From: an uncultured delta proteobacterium
GTDB lineage: Bacteria; Desulfobacterota; Binatia; UBA9968
Direction: 5' to 3'
DNA: 57,326 nt
Assembly (NCBI GenBank): GCA_963847445.1
Contig: CAWJZV010000020.1
Location: 1-57,326, forward strand
The translations under genes and the position numbers were made by a program. How positions within the stretch are numbered: the first letter of the stretch is position 1; each line of letters starts with the position of its first letter. Of the stretch, positions 22,367-32,247 are shown in pieces. The notes under the pieces were generated by a model. It saw only the letters and a program-made list of their open reading frames with translations, was not told the DNA's origin and did no database searches.

Positions 22367-22373
22367 ATTTCAT

Positions 22374-24005
22374 TTACGGGTTGGCAATGATGCCGCCACT
22401 AGTCGCGGCCGCACGAGCCTTCGCCGCGTCCTCTTGTAACCAGGTTCGAATGATCCGTACCGAGGCGTCATGATAGTCATGGGCGATCTGCGACAACTGC
22501 TCTTTGCGCGGATCTTCCGACACGATGATCTTTTGCGCCGCTGCCGCCACCTCTTCCTGCATTGCCGCCGCGCTGGCGGAGGGTTCGGTCGGCAACACGG
22601 CCACCTCCGCCGCCGGTTCGGCGGCGCTCATCGCCGGTTTTTTACGCCGGAGCATGAAGAAGGCCAAGGCGCCCAATACCAAGAGCGCGCCACCGCCGGC
22701 GGCCATGCCCATTGGGGTTTGCGCCATATCCTTCAAGGTCGGTGCCACCAGCGGATTGAGCGGGCTCGCCGGTTGGATCTTAAACGGCACATTGGCGATT
22801 TCGATCTCATCGCCACGCTCGGTGTCAAAGCCGACGGCGCGCTTGACGATACCCTTGATGACTTCCATCTCTTCGGCGCTGCGCGCGAGATACTTTTCGT
22901 TGTCATATTTGCCGTCGACCATGACGGCCACCGAGAGCTTCTGGATCTGGCCGCGCGGCTCCATGATCCGGCTGGTGGTGCGCCCGATTTCGTAGGTGGT
23001 CATTTCGCTGCTGCGTTTCGTGCCGCCGTCATTGGCTTTGGTGGCGTCGCCGCCGGGCAAGTTAGCTTGCACGCCGGGATTGCCTCCCTTGGCGCCATTG
23101 TCGTCGCTCGATTGGCGCTGGCTGCGCACGACTTTATTGTCCGGATCGAACTCTTCTTTAGTCATCAGGGTTTCCTGAAGACTGACCTGCACGTTGGCGC
23201 GGACGATCACTTTGCCGGCGCCGAGCACCGGGTCGAGCATGGTTTCGACCCGCCGTTGCAACTCGGTTTCATGCTTGAGCTTGAGCGCGGCGACTTTCTC
23301 CGCCTCGGTGCTGGCCACGGCCGCGACGATTTCTTTGAGCGGACGTCCCGAGCCATCGATGACCGTGACCTTGTCGCTGCTGAGCTTGGGCACCGAACCG
23401 GCGACCAAATTGACGATGCCCTGAACCTGATCGGGACTGAGATGGTAACCCGGCCGCAGTTCGACGACCACCGATGCCGACGGTTTCTCTTCCGGACCGA
23501 GGAAGTTCGTGCGCGACGGGATCGCCAGGTGGATCCGGCTCGACTGCACCGCGGTGATCGAATTGATCGTCCGCGATAACTCGCCCTGCTGGGCGCGCAG
23601 AAAATTGACCTGCTGGGTAAATTCGCTGGCGCCGAACTGGTTTTTTTCGAAGATCTCAAAACCCACGCCGCCACCGGCGGGTATGCCTTTGCCGGCGAGC
23701 TTCAAGCGCGTCTGGTAGAGCACGCCGCGCGGCACTTCAATGACCGTGCCGCCGTTGGTGATCGCGTACGGAATCTTGGCGGCATCGAGTTCCTTGACCA
23801 CGGCGGAACCGTCCTGGGGCGCGAGATTGGTGTAGAGCGGACCGTAATTCATCTGCTCGAAAGCAAAATTGCCAGCATAGGCAAGCGCGCCAAAGACCGG
23901 GAGGCCAATGAAGATCAGCCGTTTCTGCTGCGGCGTGAGAAACGCCAGCAGACGGGCCAGCATCTGGCGCAGATCGCCGAGAAATTTTTCCAGTTGTTCA
24001 GGCAC
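22374..24005 (-). CDS. fliF: Flagellar M-ring protein FliF
   Basis: LYTNL, GFEIFE, RAQQGELSRTI, PSASV, KLSVAVMVDG, GFDTERGD and two TM segments. Confidence 0.93.
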   Translation of the reverse strand: MPEQLEKFLGDLRQMLARLLAFLTPQQKRLIFIGLPVFGALAYAGNFAFEQMNYGPLYTNLAPQDGSAVVKELDAAKIPYAITNGGTVIEVPRGVLYQTRLKLAGKGIPAGGGVGFEIFEKNQFGASEFTQQVNFLRAQQGELSRTINSITAVQSSRIHLAIPSRTNFLGPEEKPSASVVVELRPGYHLSPDQVQGIVNLVAGSVPKLSSDKVTVIDGSGRPLKEIVAAVASTEAEKVAALKLKHETELQRRVETMLDPVLGAGKVIVRANVQVSLQETLMTKEEFDPDNKVVRSQRQSSDDNGAKGGNPGVQANLPGGDATKANDGGTKRSSEMTTYEIGRTTSRIMEPRGQIQKLSVAVMVDGKYDNEKYLARSAEEMEVIKGIVKRAVGFDTERGDEIEIANVPFKIQPASPLNPLVAPTLKDMAQTPMGMAAGGGALLVLGALAFFMLRRKKPAMSAAEPAAEVAVLPTEPSASAAAMQEEVAAAAQKIIVSEDPRKEQLSQIAHDYHDASVRIIRTWLQEDAAKARAAATSGGIIANP

Positions 24006-24030
24006 GAATCATCCCAATCGTCACAAAGAC

Positions 24031-24190
24031 AAAATTCGAAATCCGAAATTCGAAACAAACGCAGTCAAATTGAACTCAAACTCGGAAAATCCAAAACGCT
24101 GAATTCGCTCCGATCTGTTTGGAGCATTAGGGTTTTTGGTCATTTAAATTTGTTTCGGTTCGCGGGGCCGCTTTTGGATTTCGAGTTTTC
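24031..24190. repeat. Heptamer/inverted repeat element between fliE and fliF
   Basis: AAATTCG-AAATCCG-AAATTCG-AAAC at 24032-24056, with degenerate inverse copies (TTTGTTTCGG, TTTTGGATTTCGAG) at 24148-24185. Confidence 0.6.
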
Positions 24191-24211
24191 TTTCGGCTTT
24201 CAGCCATCGAT

Positions 24212-24511
24212 TCACACCTGCATGCGCATGATCTCCTGGTAGGCGTCGAGGACTTTGTTACGGATTTGCATCATCAGTTTGAATGATACGTCCGCCTTCT
24301 CGAGAGCGATCATGGTTTCCTGAAGATCGCCCTTGCCCTCGCCGACCATTTGTTGAATCGACTGATTGGCTTTCTCCTGCAACTCGCCGACTTCGCCCAT
24401 GGCGCTCTTGAGCACATTGTTGAAGTCGCCCTTGGCTGGCTCATCGAGGTTCTTAACGTTGGCGAGGGGCGCCGGACGGTAGACCAGATCGACGTTTTTG
24501 ACGATGCTCAT
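24212..24511 (-). CDS. fliE: Flagellar hook-basal body protein FliE
   Basis: MIALEKADVSFKLMMQIRNKVLDAYQEIMRMQV. Confidence 0.95.
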   Translation of the reverse strand: MSIVKNVDLVYRPAPLANVKNLDEPAKGDFNNVLKSAMGEVGELQEKANQSIQQMVGEGKGDLQETMIALEKADVSFKLMMQIRNKVLDAYQEIMRMQV

Positions 24512-24545
24512 GGCGATAGTTTCTCCTTAAGCAAACAGTTCGCGA

Positions 24546-24995
24546 TTACTGGTATCGGCCCATATCCAAGATTTTTCTAATCAATGACTTGGTGGTGTTG
24601 AATGCCGATAAATTGGCCTCGTAGGAACGCACCGCCGAGAGCATGTCGACCATTTCTTCCATTGGGTTGATATCCGGCATCGCGACATAACCCTCGCTGC
24701 TGGCATCGGGATGGCTGGGATCGAAGATTCGGCGCGGCGGCCGGTTGCTTTGCTTGACGCCAACCACCTCCACGCCCTGGGCGCGCTCGCGATCTGCCGC
24801 GATGTCATTGAGTTCGTCAGTAAATTCACCGGGGGGCGGCGCCGCCTGAAAAATCACGTCGCGGCGGCGGTAGGGGCCACCGTCGACGGTGCGCGTCGAT
24901 TCGCTATTGGCCAAGTTGCCGGCGACAACAGTCATGCGGCTCTTCTGAGCCGCCATGCCGGAGCCGCTGATGGAGAATATTTTAAACAGATCCAT
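24546..24995 (-). CDS. flgC: Flagellar basal-body rod protein FlgC
   Basis: GMAAQKSRM..NLAN..GPYRRR, FDPSHPDA..GYVAMPDIN..EMVDM..RSYEAN. Confidence 0.95.
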   Translation of the reverse strand: MDLFKIFSISGSGMAAQKSRMTVVAGNLANSESTRTVDGGPYRRRDVIFQAAPPPGEFTDELNDIAADRERAQGVEVVGVKQSNRPPRRIFDPSHPDASSEGYVAMPDINPMEEMVDMLSAVRSYEANLSAFNTTKSLIRKILDMGRYQ

Positions 24996-24997
24996 GG

Positions 24998-25426
24998 TTA
25001 CCTTCGTCCTTCGCTGATGGCGTAGCGCAGCCCAGCCAGCGCCCGCGACAAGAAAGTTAGAGAGGTTTCGTAAGCCAGTGAGTTTTCGGTGATCAGCGCC
25101 ATTTGCCGGTCGATGCTGACGGCGTTGCCGTCGAGCCGGTCTTCGCCGTGGCGGCTATCGGGATACTCCGGCTCGTAAATCGCCGACGCTAGGTCCAGCC
25201 CGGCGGTGGCCGATACGTCGCCGCGCTGGGGAGTTTCGCTGGAGCCTAGGGCGCCGCTCTCCGCGGCGGAGCGCATCGCGGCGTTGAAGTCCAAATCGCG
25301 CGGCCGGTAACCGGGGGTATCGGCGTTGGCGATGTTGGCACTGAGCACTTCATGGCGTGCCGCGCGCCCGCGCAGGGACAACTCGAGTAACTGGTGCGTC
25401 GTACCGAAAAGCCTTAGTCCGGCCAT
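24998..25426 (-). CDS. flgB: Flagellar basal-body rod protein FlgB
   Basis: RHEVLSANIANADTPGYRPRD, RLDGNAVSID. Confidence 0.95.
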   Translation of the reverse strand: MAGLRLFGTTHQLLELSLRGRAARHEVLSANIANADTPGYRPRDLDFNAAMRSAAESGALGSSETPQRGDVSATAGLDLASAIYEPEYPDSRHGEDRLDGNAVSIDRQMALITENSLAYETSLTFLSRALAGLRYAISEGRR

Positions 25427-25427
25427 T

Positions 25428-26813
25428 TCATGCCTCCACCAATTGGATTCGTTCGCGATAACTCTTCAATTTGTTACGCAGCGTGCGCACGCTGATGCCC
25501 AATAGCTTGGCCGCCTGCGTGCGGTTGTTGTTGGCTTGCTTGAGGGTTTGAAAAATCAGTTGTTCTTCCATCTCGCGCACCGAGCGTTGCCGGCTGCCGG
25601 CGTAATCCAGGCTCGCCCGTGGCAGCGCACTGTCGGCAACCGGCCAGGCTTCAGGCAGCGCTGCCGCCGGAGCGGCAATCCGGCTCCACGACGGCAGTTC
25701 ATCTTCGAGGAGTAAGTGTTCCGGTAAGATCGCGCCATCTTCGGCCATGATCGCGGCTCGTTCGAGCACGTTAAACAGCTCGCGCACGTTGCCGCGCCAG
25801 GGATTCTCTTGTAACCGCGCCAAAGTCGACGGCGCTAAGGACAGCCCCGGATAGCCGCGCTTGAAGAAAAATGAAGCTGCCAGCGGCGCGATGTCGTCGA
25901 GCCGTTCACGCAGCGGAATAATCCGCGTGGGCACGACGTTGATGCGGTAAAACAAATCCTCGCGAAAACTGCCGGCGCGAATCATTTCGCGGAGCTCCCG
26001 ATTGGTCGTGGAAATCACCCGAATATCGATCGGCAGCGGCTTCTTGCCGCCCAAGCGGTCGACCTCCCGTTCCTGCAGGACGCGCAAGAGCTTGGCCTGC
26101 AGCGCGAGCGGCATTTCGCTGATCTCGTCGAGCAGCAGTGTGCCGTCATGGGCGAGTTCGAATTTTCCCGCTTTGCCGGTGACCGCGCCGGTAAAGGCGC
26201 CGCGCTCGTAACCGAACAGCTCGGACTCCAAGAGCCCCTCGGGCAACGCCGCGCAATTGACCGCGACGAAGGGGCCGGCATGGCGCCGACTATGACTGTG
26301 CAGATAGCGCGCCAACAGTTCCTTGCCCGTGCCGCTTTCACCTTGGATCAAGATCGAAGCCTGGGACTTGGCTACCTGACGGGCAAATTCGAGCAAGCCT
26401 CGCATGCGCGGGTTGGCGGTGACGAACTCGTCGGCGGCGCGGCCGCTCGGGTTATCGGCGGTTTTGCCCTCCAGGGCCGTTTCGACCAGGGAAATCAATT
26501 CACGGTGCGAAAACGGCTTGACGAGGAAATCGTAAGCCCCCAGTTTCATGGCATCGACGGCTTGCGGCACGGTGGCAAAACCGCTGATGAGAATAAATCG
26601 CAGCTGGTGGAAGCGCTTCAATAACTCGAGGCCGCTCAACCCCGGCATGCGCACGTCGCTGATGACCAGATCGGCGCCCTCGCGGAGCAAGTGCGCTTGG
26701 GCCTCGTCGCCATTGGCAAAAATTTCTACCCCATGGCCAAGCCCGCCGAGCGCCTCGCCGAGCGCCACGCGCATGGTCGGGTCGTCGTCGACGACGGCGA
26801 TACGCTTCAACAT
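25428..26813 (-). CDS. sigma54-dependent response regulator (FleR/FlgR-like)
   Basis: REC domain (VVDDD, SDVRMP, KPF), AAA+ GESGTGKE and GAFTGA, Fis-type HTH LGISVRTLRNKL. Abuts flgB. Confidence 0.9.
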   Translation of the reverse strand: MLKRIAVVDDDPTMRVALGEALGGLGHGVEIFANGDEAQAHLLREGADLVISDVRMPGLSGLELLKRFHQLRFILISGFATVPQAVDAMKLGAYDFLVKPFSHRELISLVETALEGKTADNPSGRAADEFVTANPRMRGLLEFARQVAKSQASILIQGESGTGKELLARYLHSHSRRHAGPFVAVNCAALPEGLLESELFGYERGAFTGAVTGKAGKFELAHDGTLLLDEISEMPLALQAKLLRVLQEREVDRLGGKKPLPIDIRVISTTNRELREMIRAGSFREDLFYRINVVPTRIIPLRERLDDIAPLAASFFFKRGYPGLSLAPSTLARLQENPWRGNVRELFNVLERAAIMAEDGAILPEHLLLEDELPSWSRIAAPAAALPEAWPVADSALPRASLDYAGSRQRSVREMEEQLIFQTLKQANNNRTQAAKLLGISVRTLRNKLKSYRERIQLVEA

Positions 26814-28048
26814 GCGGTGCCAATCTCCTCGGCGGCTGCCAAACCGATGGTAAATTCGCTGCCTGCCTGGGGCGCAGAGGTAATTTCAATGGAGCCGCGG
26901 TGAGCGCTGATAATCTTATGAGCGAATGCCAATCCGAGGCCGGTTCCCTGGCTCTTGGTGCTGAAAAACGGATCGAAAATATGCTCGCGATCTTCCGCCG
27001 CGATGCCGACGCCGTGATCGCGCACCTTGATTTCAACAGCCTTGTGGATCTGCCCGTTGAGCGTCGAGAACGGTGACAGCCGCGCCTTCAAGCACACCCG
27101 GCCACCCTTGGGCATCGCTTCCTTGGCGTTGACGATCAGGTTGACCAAAGCTTGCACGAGCAGACCGCGATCGCCCCACACCGGCGGCAATTCGCGCTCG
27201 ATGTCGACAACGATGGACCACGCGGGATCGTCGAACAGGGCGACGCACTCTTGCAAGACATCTTTCATCAGGGTGGCAACCGATAAAACATCCGACGCGA
27301 TCGCGGGCTCCGCGGCGAAAGCTAACAGCTTGGACACCGTCGTCGACAGACGTCGAGTAGCGCCGAGGATTTCACCGGCGAGCCGTTGCGGGTCGCCGGT
27401 CGACTTTTCCTTCAAGAGCGAGGCGCACAGCTCGATGCCGCCAAGGGGATTTTTCACTTGATGCGCCAACTCGGATGCCATCATGCCGAGGGATGCCAAC
27501 CGGCGCGTGCGCGCCGCCTCCGCCTCCATGCGCTTCAACGTCGTGACATCTTGAAACACCAGCACATAATGGCTTGCCGGATCGCCGGTGGCGACCTCGG
27601 CAACGGAGAAATGCACCGGCACCATCACACCGTCCGGTCCCTGGACTACTTTTTCGCATTCGAAAGGCAGAAAGCGGTTGTCACCGCCCTGGAGGCTTGC
27701 AACCAATTTGTCGCCCAGCCATTGGCGGATGCGCTGATCGTTGACCTTGCCGGCGAGCTCGGTCAGACGGCGATTGACGAAGGTTGGATGGAGTTCGTGG
27801 TCGAGCACCGCGACCCCGCCCTTGAGACTCTCGAGTACTGACAGCAAGTACGCCCGCGCTTGTTCACGCGCTTGCAAACTTTTCTCGAGTTCGCGATTCT
27901 TTACCTCCAACTGATTTTTTAAGTAATCCAGTCGCTCTTCAAGCCGGCGATACTCATCGATCAGTTCGACGCTGTTGTGGTTGAACCAGCCGATCAAACT
28001 GTTGAGCGATTCGACATTGCCTGCGGGATGGGCCAGCGGCGTTACCAT
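26807..28048 (-). CDS. Cytoplasmic sensor histidine kinase (FleS/FlgS-like)
   Basis: Coiled coil and PAS-like region, H-box LAHQVKNPLGGI, NLIVNA, DHGVG, GTGLGL. Start reset to ATG 28048 (RBS CAGGAG) downstream of a sigma54 promoter. Confidence 0.88.
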   Translation of the reverse strand: MVTPLAHPAGNVESLNSLIGWFNHNSVELIDEYRRLEERLDYLKNQLEVKNRELEKSLQAREQARAYLLSVLESLKGGVAVLDHELHPTFVNRRLTELAGKVNDQRIRQWLGDKLVASLQGGDNRFLPFECEKVVQGPDGVMVPVHFSVAEVATGDPASHYVLVFQDVTTLKRMEAEAARTRRLASLGMMASELAHQVKNPLGGIELCASLLKEKSTGDPQRLAGEILGATRRLSTTVSKLLAFAAEPAIASDVLSVATLMKDVLQECVALFDDPAWSIVVDIERELPPVWGDRGLLVQALVNLIVNAKEAMPKGGRVCLKARLSPFSTLNGQIHKAVEIKVRDHGVGIAAEDREHIFDPFFSTKSQGTGLGLAFAHKIISAHRGSIEITSAPQAGSEFTIGLAAAEEIGTAC

Positions 28049-28104
28049 GGAGTTACTCCTGTGAGAATCTATGATCGGTCCAAGCGTCATTGTTTCACCG
28101 TTGC

Positions 28105-28119
28105 GCAAGCGTTATGCCA
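28105..28119 (-). promoter_or_regulatory. sigma54 -24/-12 promoter for fleS-fleR-flgB operon
   Basis: TGGCATAACGCTTGC (GG-N10-GC). Confidence 0.8.
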
Positions 28120-28160
28120 GTGGATATTGTATCTTGACCCCGGCTACAACGCTGACTTTG

Positions 28161-29300
28161 CTAGGCTTCCGCCGGCATGGGCACTGGCAAATTCCAGTTG
28201 GGAAAGAGCGGTGCGGTCAATGAAATATTCGCCTCCGCCATTTTCCCGACGCTCTCGGAGCGCATCACGGCGGGGCGCGCCGGTTGCAGCATGCCCTTCT
28301 TACGCAGCCGTTCGATGAAAGTGGTGCGGTTCAAGCGTAACAATTCGGCGGCCATGGTTTTGTTGCCGCGCGCGCGTTCGAGCGCCCGCTCGATAAAGCC
28401 GTTCTCGATTTTCTCCAGAACGCCGTCGAGATCGACGCCTTCCGAAGGCAACGCGACTTGGGTCGTCTGCTGATGCTGCGGCACGCTATTAGTGAGAATA
28501 TAGTCGGGCAGATCGCTCGGACGGATGACCCCATCGTCGTTGAGCACTACCAAGCGCTCGACCAAGTTTTCCAGCTCGCGGACGTTACCCGGCCAGCTGT
28601 AGCGCTCTAGCGCGCTCATGGCGGTGTTTTCGACCTGCAAAATTTTTTTGTTTTTCCGGCGCCCTTGCACATCCAGGAAATAACCGATTAACAGAGCGAC
28701 ATCGCCCTCCCGTTCGCGCAGCGAAGGCAACTCCAGGGGCAGGACGTTCAAGCGATAAAACAAATCTTCGCGAAACCGCCCCTCACGCACGGCGAGCCGC
28801 AGATCGCGATGGGTCGCGGTCACCACCCGAACGTCAACTTGCACCGCGTGGTCGCTGCCCACGGGTTCGCACTCATGTTCCTGCAAGACGCGCAGGAGCT
28901 TGACCTGAAGCTTAGGGCTCATCTCGCCGATCTCATCGAGAAATAGCGTGCCGCCGTTGGCGAGTTGGAAACGGCCCTGGCGGCCATTGACGGCGCCGGT
29001 AAACGCGCCGCGCACATGGCCGAACAATTCACTCTCCAACAATTCTTCTGGAATCGCGCCGCAATTCACCGGAACGAATGCTTGCTCGCGGCGACAGCTC
29101 AAATTATGGATCGCCCGGGCTGCGAGCTCCTTACCCGTGCCGCTCTCACCCGTGATCAACACGGTGGAATCGTTCGCCGCAACTTTTGCGATCAAGGCCC
29201 GGGCCATACCCATGCGTGGGCTGGCACCGATCAATTGATTGGCCAGGTCAGTTAAGCCTTGCGGCGCCGCCGTGGTCTCGAGCCTAGTTTCTAAGTGCAT
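28161..29300 (-). CDS. sigma54 activator without N-terminal regulatory domain (FleQ-like AAA+/HTH)
   Basis: [44 protein letters not shown]. Start ATG 29300 with AAGGAG RBS; only ~25 aa precede the AAA+ domain. Confidence 0.85.
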   Translation of the reverse strand: MHLETRLETTAAPQGLTDLANQLIGASPRMGMARALIAKVAANDSTVLITGESGTGKELAARAIHNLSCRREQAFVPVNCGAIPEELLESELFGHVRGAFTGAVNGRQGRFQLANGGTLFLDEIGEMSPKLQVKLLRVLQEHECEPVGSDHAVQVDVRVVTATHRDLRLAVREGRFREDLFYRLNVLPLELPSLREREGDVALLIGYFLDVQGRRKNKKILQVENTAMSALERYSWPGNVRELENLVERLVVLNDDGVIRPSDLPDYILTNSVPQHQQTTQVALPSEGVDLDGVLEKIENGFIERALERARGNKTMAAELLRLNRTTFIERLRKKGMLQPARPAVMRSESVGKMAEANISLTAPLFPNWNLPVPMPAEA

Positions 29301-29356
29301 CGTTTCTCCTTCGACCAACATTGGGGTTAAGAATGCGCATTCCATTGGATCATGGA

Positions 29357-29371
29357 GCAATGCCAGTGCCA
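29357..29371 (-). promoter_or_regulatory. sigma54 -24/-12 promoter
   Basis: TGGCACTGGCATTGC, near-consensus. Confidence 0.85.
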
Positions 29372-29424
29372 GCTCGGCAATTCTGCGAACAACCGCAGCT
29401 AACGCGTTGGAATCACGTTCGAAT

Positions 29425-29507
29425 CGTCGATGAATTGACGGCACTGGGCAAATCTTTCCAGGCGTCGAAAAATTAACGCTTTGCGCTTTGGCGTTAAAAT
29501 ATTGGCG
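29425..29507. promoter_or_regulatory. Three FleQ-box-like upstream activator sites
   Basis: CGTCGATGAATTGACG (29425-29440), CGTCGAAAAATTAACG (29463-29478), CGTTAAAATATTGGCG (29492-29507). They resemble the Pseudomonas FleQ box GTCaNTAAAtTGAC and lie ~55-135 nt upstream of the -24 element. Confidence 0.6.
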
Positions 29508-30039
29508 CTGAGATTTCGCCGCTTGGCCTGCGATCAGGTTCAGTTAGAGCGGGAAATACGAATTAACCACGCTATTTCGCCGCAAGTGGCGACAAGCGAA
29601 CGCAACCATCGAACGAATCTTGACGTAGCGCCACAGCGGTGCCGGTTGGCGGATCGACGAACGCGCCATCGCGGCGCCAGAACCACGCCGCTATGCCGAT
29701 GCTCACTGTCAACAATCCCACTGCGGTTAGTAGGACTCGGAGTTTGGCCGGATACAGCAACGCCAGCCTCTCTCGCAGAATCAATCCACTGGACTGCCTT
29801 GACCGATTAATCGAGCAACCCAAGAAGTAGCCGCCGTGGTTGTCCGCAGATGAAGGCTAACGCAGTTGGGTTACGGCCCCCAGCCGAGACTATTCAGACA
29901 GCAAAGCTCGGAAAATTACCACCAAATAGGTACAGGCTTTACCCGATAGTGTGTTCGCTGCCATTCAGTGTAACATTCAAAATTAGATCGATCAGACACA
30001 TTAAGACGAAGCAACAATAGTCATGAGGATCTGGCGCAT

Positions 30040-31143
30040 TTGATTGAAAACCCCGCATACCTAAATCCTGCTCAAGCGCGTGACGCTTCGAGAAAACCAC
30101 CGGAAAAGTTTGCTAGCTTGGATCGGTCGAGTGTGGTGCCAAGCGCCTCTCTCCCGGGGTTTATCATTGGCGAGCATCCTTTGATGCAGCGCATCAATGC
30201 CTTGATAGCGCGGGTCGCCAACACCGACGCCACCGTCTTGATCACCGGAGAAAGCGGCACCGGGAAAGAGGTCGTCGCCCGGGCCATCCACAGTCTGAGC
30301 CAGCGAGTGCACCGTCCCTTTGTGCCAATCAACTGTGCGGCGATTCCCCACGAGTTGTTGGAGAGTGAGCTGTTCGGCCATGCCCGTGGCGCGTTTACCG
30401 GCGCCCATTCGGCCCGCGCCGGCATGTTTCAATTGGCCGAGGGCGGCACGATCTTTCTCGACGAGGTGGGCGAGATTCCACTCACTTTGCAGCCTAAACT
30501 CTTGCGCGTATTGCAATGCGGCGAAGTACGCCCGGTAGGCTCCGATCAAACGACGGCGATCGATGTGCGCGTGATCGCCGCCACCAACAAAGATCTATCC
30601 AAAGAGCTTCAGGCCGGCACTTTTCGCGAGGATCTCTTTTACCGGCTACAGGTCATTCCCCTCCACCTGCCGCCGCTGCGTTCGCGCCGCTCCGATGTGC
30701 CATTGCTGCTCGCCCACTTTTTGGAAAAATCGAACCGCAAGTATGCTGCCTCGGCCATGATCTCGGAGGAGGCGAGCGTTTATCTGTGGGAATATGACTG
30801 GCCGGGCAACGTCCGCGAACTGGAAAACGTCGTAGAACGGCTCGTGGTTCTCTGCGACAACGGCCAAATCGGCCTCAACGATTTACCGGCTAATGTTGCT
30901 TCTTTCGTATCGGAAAAAAAACTTCCCCAACCGACGCTGATCAACAATGACCTTGACTTTCGCTCGGCGCTTAAGCAATTCGAACAGCGTCTGATCGACG
31001 AAGCCCTAAGACTTGCCAACGGCAATAAAGCGATGGCGGCGCGGATGTTAAAGATCAAGCGCACGACGCTGGTCGCCAAACTACACAACCGGTCGACCAA
31101 GAAGGAAGACGATGAGTACCCAATCATGCGTATCACCAACTAA
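30040..31143 (+). CDS. Second receiver-less FleQ-like sigma54 activator
   Basis: [35 protein letters not shown]. Only ~40 aa precede the AAA+ domain. Confidence 0.88.
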   Translation: MIENPAYLNPAQARDASRKPPEKFASLDRSSVVPSASLPGFIIGEHPLMQRINALIARVANTDATVLITGESGTGKEVVARAIHSLSQRVHRPFVPINCAAIPHELLESELFGHARGAFTGAHSARAGMFQLAEGGTIFLDEVGEIPLTLQPKLLRVLQCGEVRPVGSDQTTAIDVRVIAATNKDLSKELQAGTFREDLFYRLQVIPLHLPPLRSRRSDVPLLLAHFLEKSNRKYAASAMISEEASVYLWEYDWPGNVRELENVVERLVVLCDNGQIGLNDLPANVASFVSEKKLPQPTLINNDLDFRSALKQFEQRLIDEALRLANGNKAMAARMLKIKRTTLVAKLHNRSTKKEDDEYPIMRITN

Positions 31144-31591
31144 GCCGCCGTCCGCTGATTTTAAGATTCTCATCGTCGACGACAACCGCGATTTCGTCGA
31201 ATTTATCAGGCTTTTGCTCGCCCACCACGGCTACGCCGTGCGCTCGGCTTTCAGCGGCCGGGAATGCCTTGAAGGTGTGCGCCTTGAGCCCGTCGATCTC
31301 GTCATCCTCGACGTGATGATGCCACAAATGGACGGCTTGACCGTGTGCCGTGAATTGAAACAGTTTCATCCGGCATTGCCGGTCATCCTATTGACCGCTA
31401 AGGACGACATGGCAACACGGGCTGCCGCCATGGCTTTAGGCGTTAGCGAGTTTCTCGCCAAACCCGTCAATATCGCCGATTTCCTTACCCGCGTGCGCAC
31501 GCAACACGACAATCGGCAGTGGGACGAAGTTCTAAACGCCACCCTAAGTGGAAGTACCGAGGCAAACAATCTCACGCCGCTCAATACCTGA
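31112..31591 (+). CDS. Stand-alone response regulator receiver protein
   Basis: ILIVDDN, LDVMMP, LLTA, KP. Confidence 0.88.
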   Translation: MSTQSCVSPTKPPSADFKILIVDDNRDFVEFIRLLLAHHGYAVRSAFSGRECLEGVRLEPVDLVILDVMMPQMDGLTVCRELKQFHPALPVILLTAKDDMATRAAAMALGVSEFLAKPVNIADFLTRVRTQHDNRQWDEVLNATLSGSTEANNLTPLNT

Positions 31592-31835
31592 CTGCTTTCC
31601 TACCGTTTTCCGTTCCCCTTTGCGGAACTAGATCCCCGAAATAATCCCATCGAAGCCGATGGGTGATCACTGAGTCTCCACCAAGTGGCAATTCGGACAT
31701 CCCGCGCCACAGCTCAGATTTGGTGCATTATCGCCACCGATTGGCAATCAACACGTTTGACCCTAGACAAAAACATGGGCAAAATAAGTCACTTGGAAAG
31801 CTCCCAGTCTGTAATTTTGTAATAACTGGCAGGTA

Positions 31836-31850
31836 TGGTATGACTTTGGC
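31836..31850 (+). promoter_or_regulatory. Possible sigma54 promoter
   Basis: TGGTATGACTTTGGC (GG-N10-GC, imperfect), ~400 nt upstream of the LuxR-type regulator. Confidence 0.35.
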
Positions 31851-32247
31851 GTGCTTGGTCAAGGATTGCCATTAAGGGACAAGATATGACGTCAATTCTG
31901 GGGTTCACCGCAAAGAGCATGTGTAGAGTCGGCAGTCAGCAGAAGTAAGCAGGTGCAGGCAACTCAATGTCACTGCGATCTTCACTTACGGTAGTTCAGT
32001 CTAGCCCGCCTGGTTCCGCTCCCTGTCTTTATTCATCATTGACGCCGAACCGATGGACAACCAATGCTGTCCGGGCGATGGGCTTTTGTCGGCTCAGATC
32101 GCAGCTGGCAACCATAGGCCGCGTAGGCAAATTGCCAGGTGGTTGCCGTTCACGGTCAGCACATCAGATTGCACGAAAACGCGACCGCGGAACGCGTTTA
32201 TTGCCAGAGACTCTAAAGCCTGACGGCGTTCATCGCAACGTAAACTG

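Noticed and set aside
22470-23579. 369-aa plus-strand ORF and similar ORFs opposite flagellar genes (13690-14619, 18436-19335)
   Set aside because: Antisense shadows of clearly identified fliF, flgE and fliJ/fliI.
18612-25426. Possible non-flagellar type III injectisome delivering the Rhs toxin
   Set aside because: Rod, hook, hook-cap and FliG genes identify a flagellum, and the Rhs protein has a Sec-type signal peptide and folded disulfide domains.
29572-29823. 83-aa ORF with one hydrophobic stretch between the divergent activators
   Set aside because: Weak start, no clear RBS or motif, and it lies in a regulatory region; cannot be supported.
31860-32240. Possible riboswitch, sRNA or 20-codon ORF in the long leader of the LuxR-type gene
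   Set aside because: No recognisable conserved structure or terminator by eye; would need an Rfam search.
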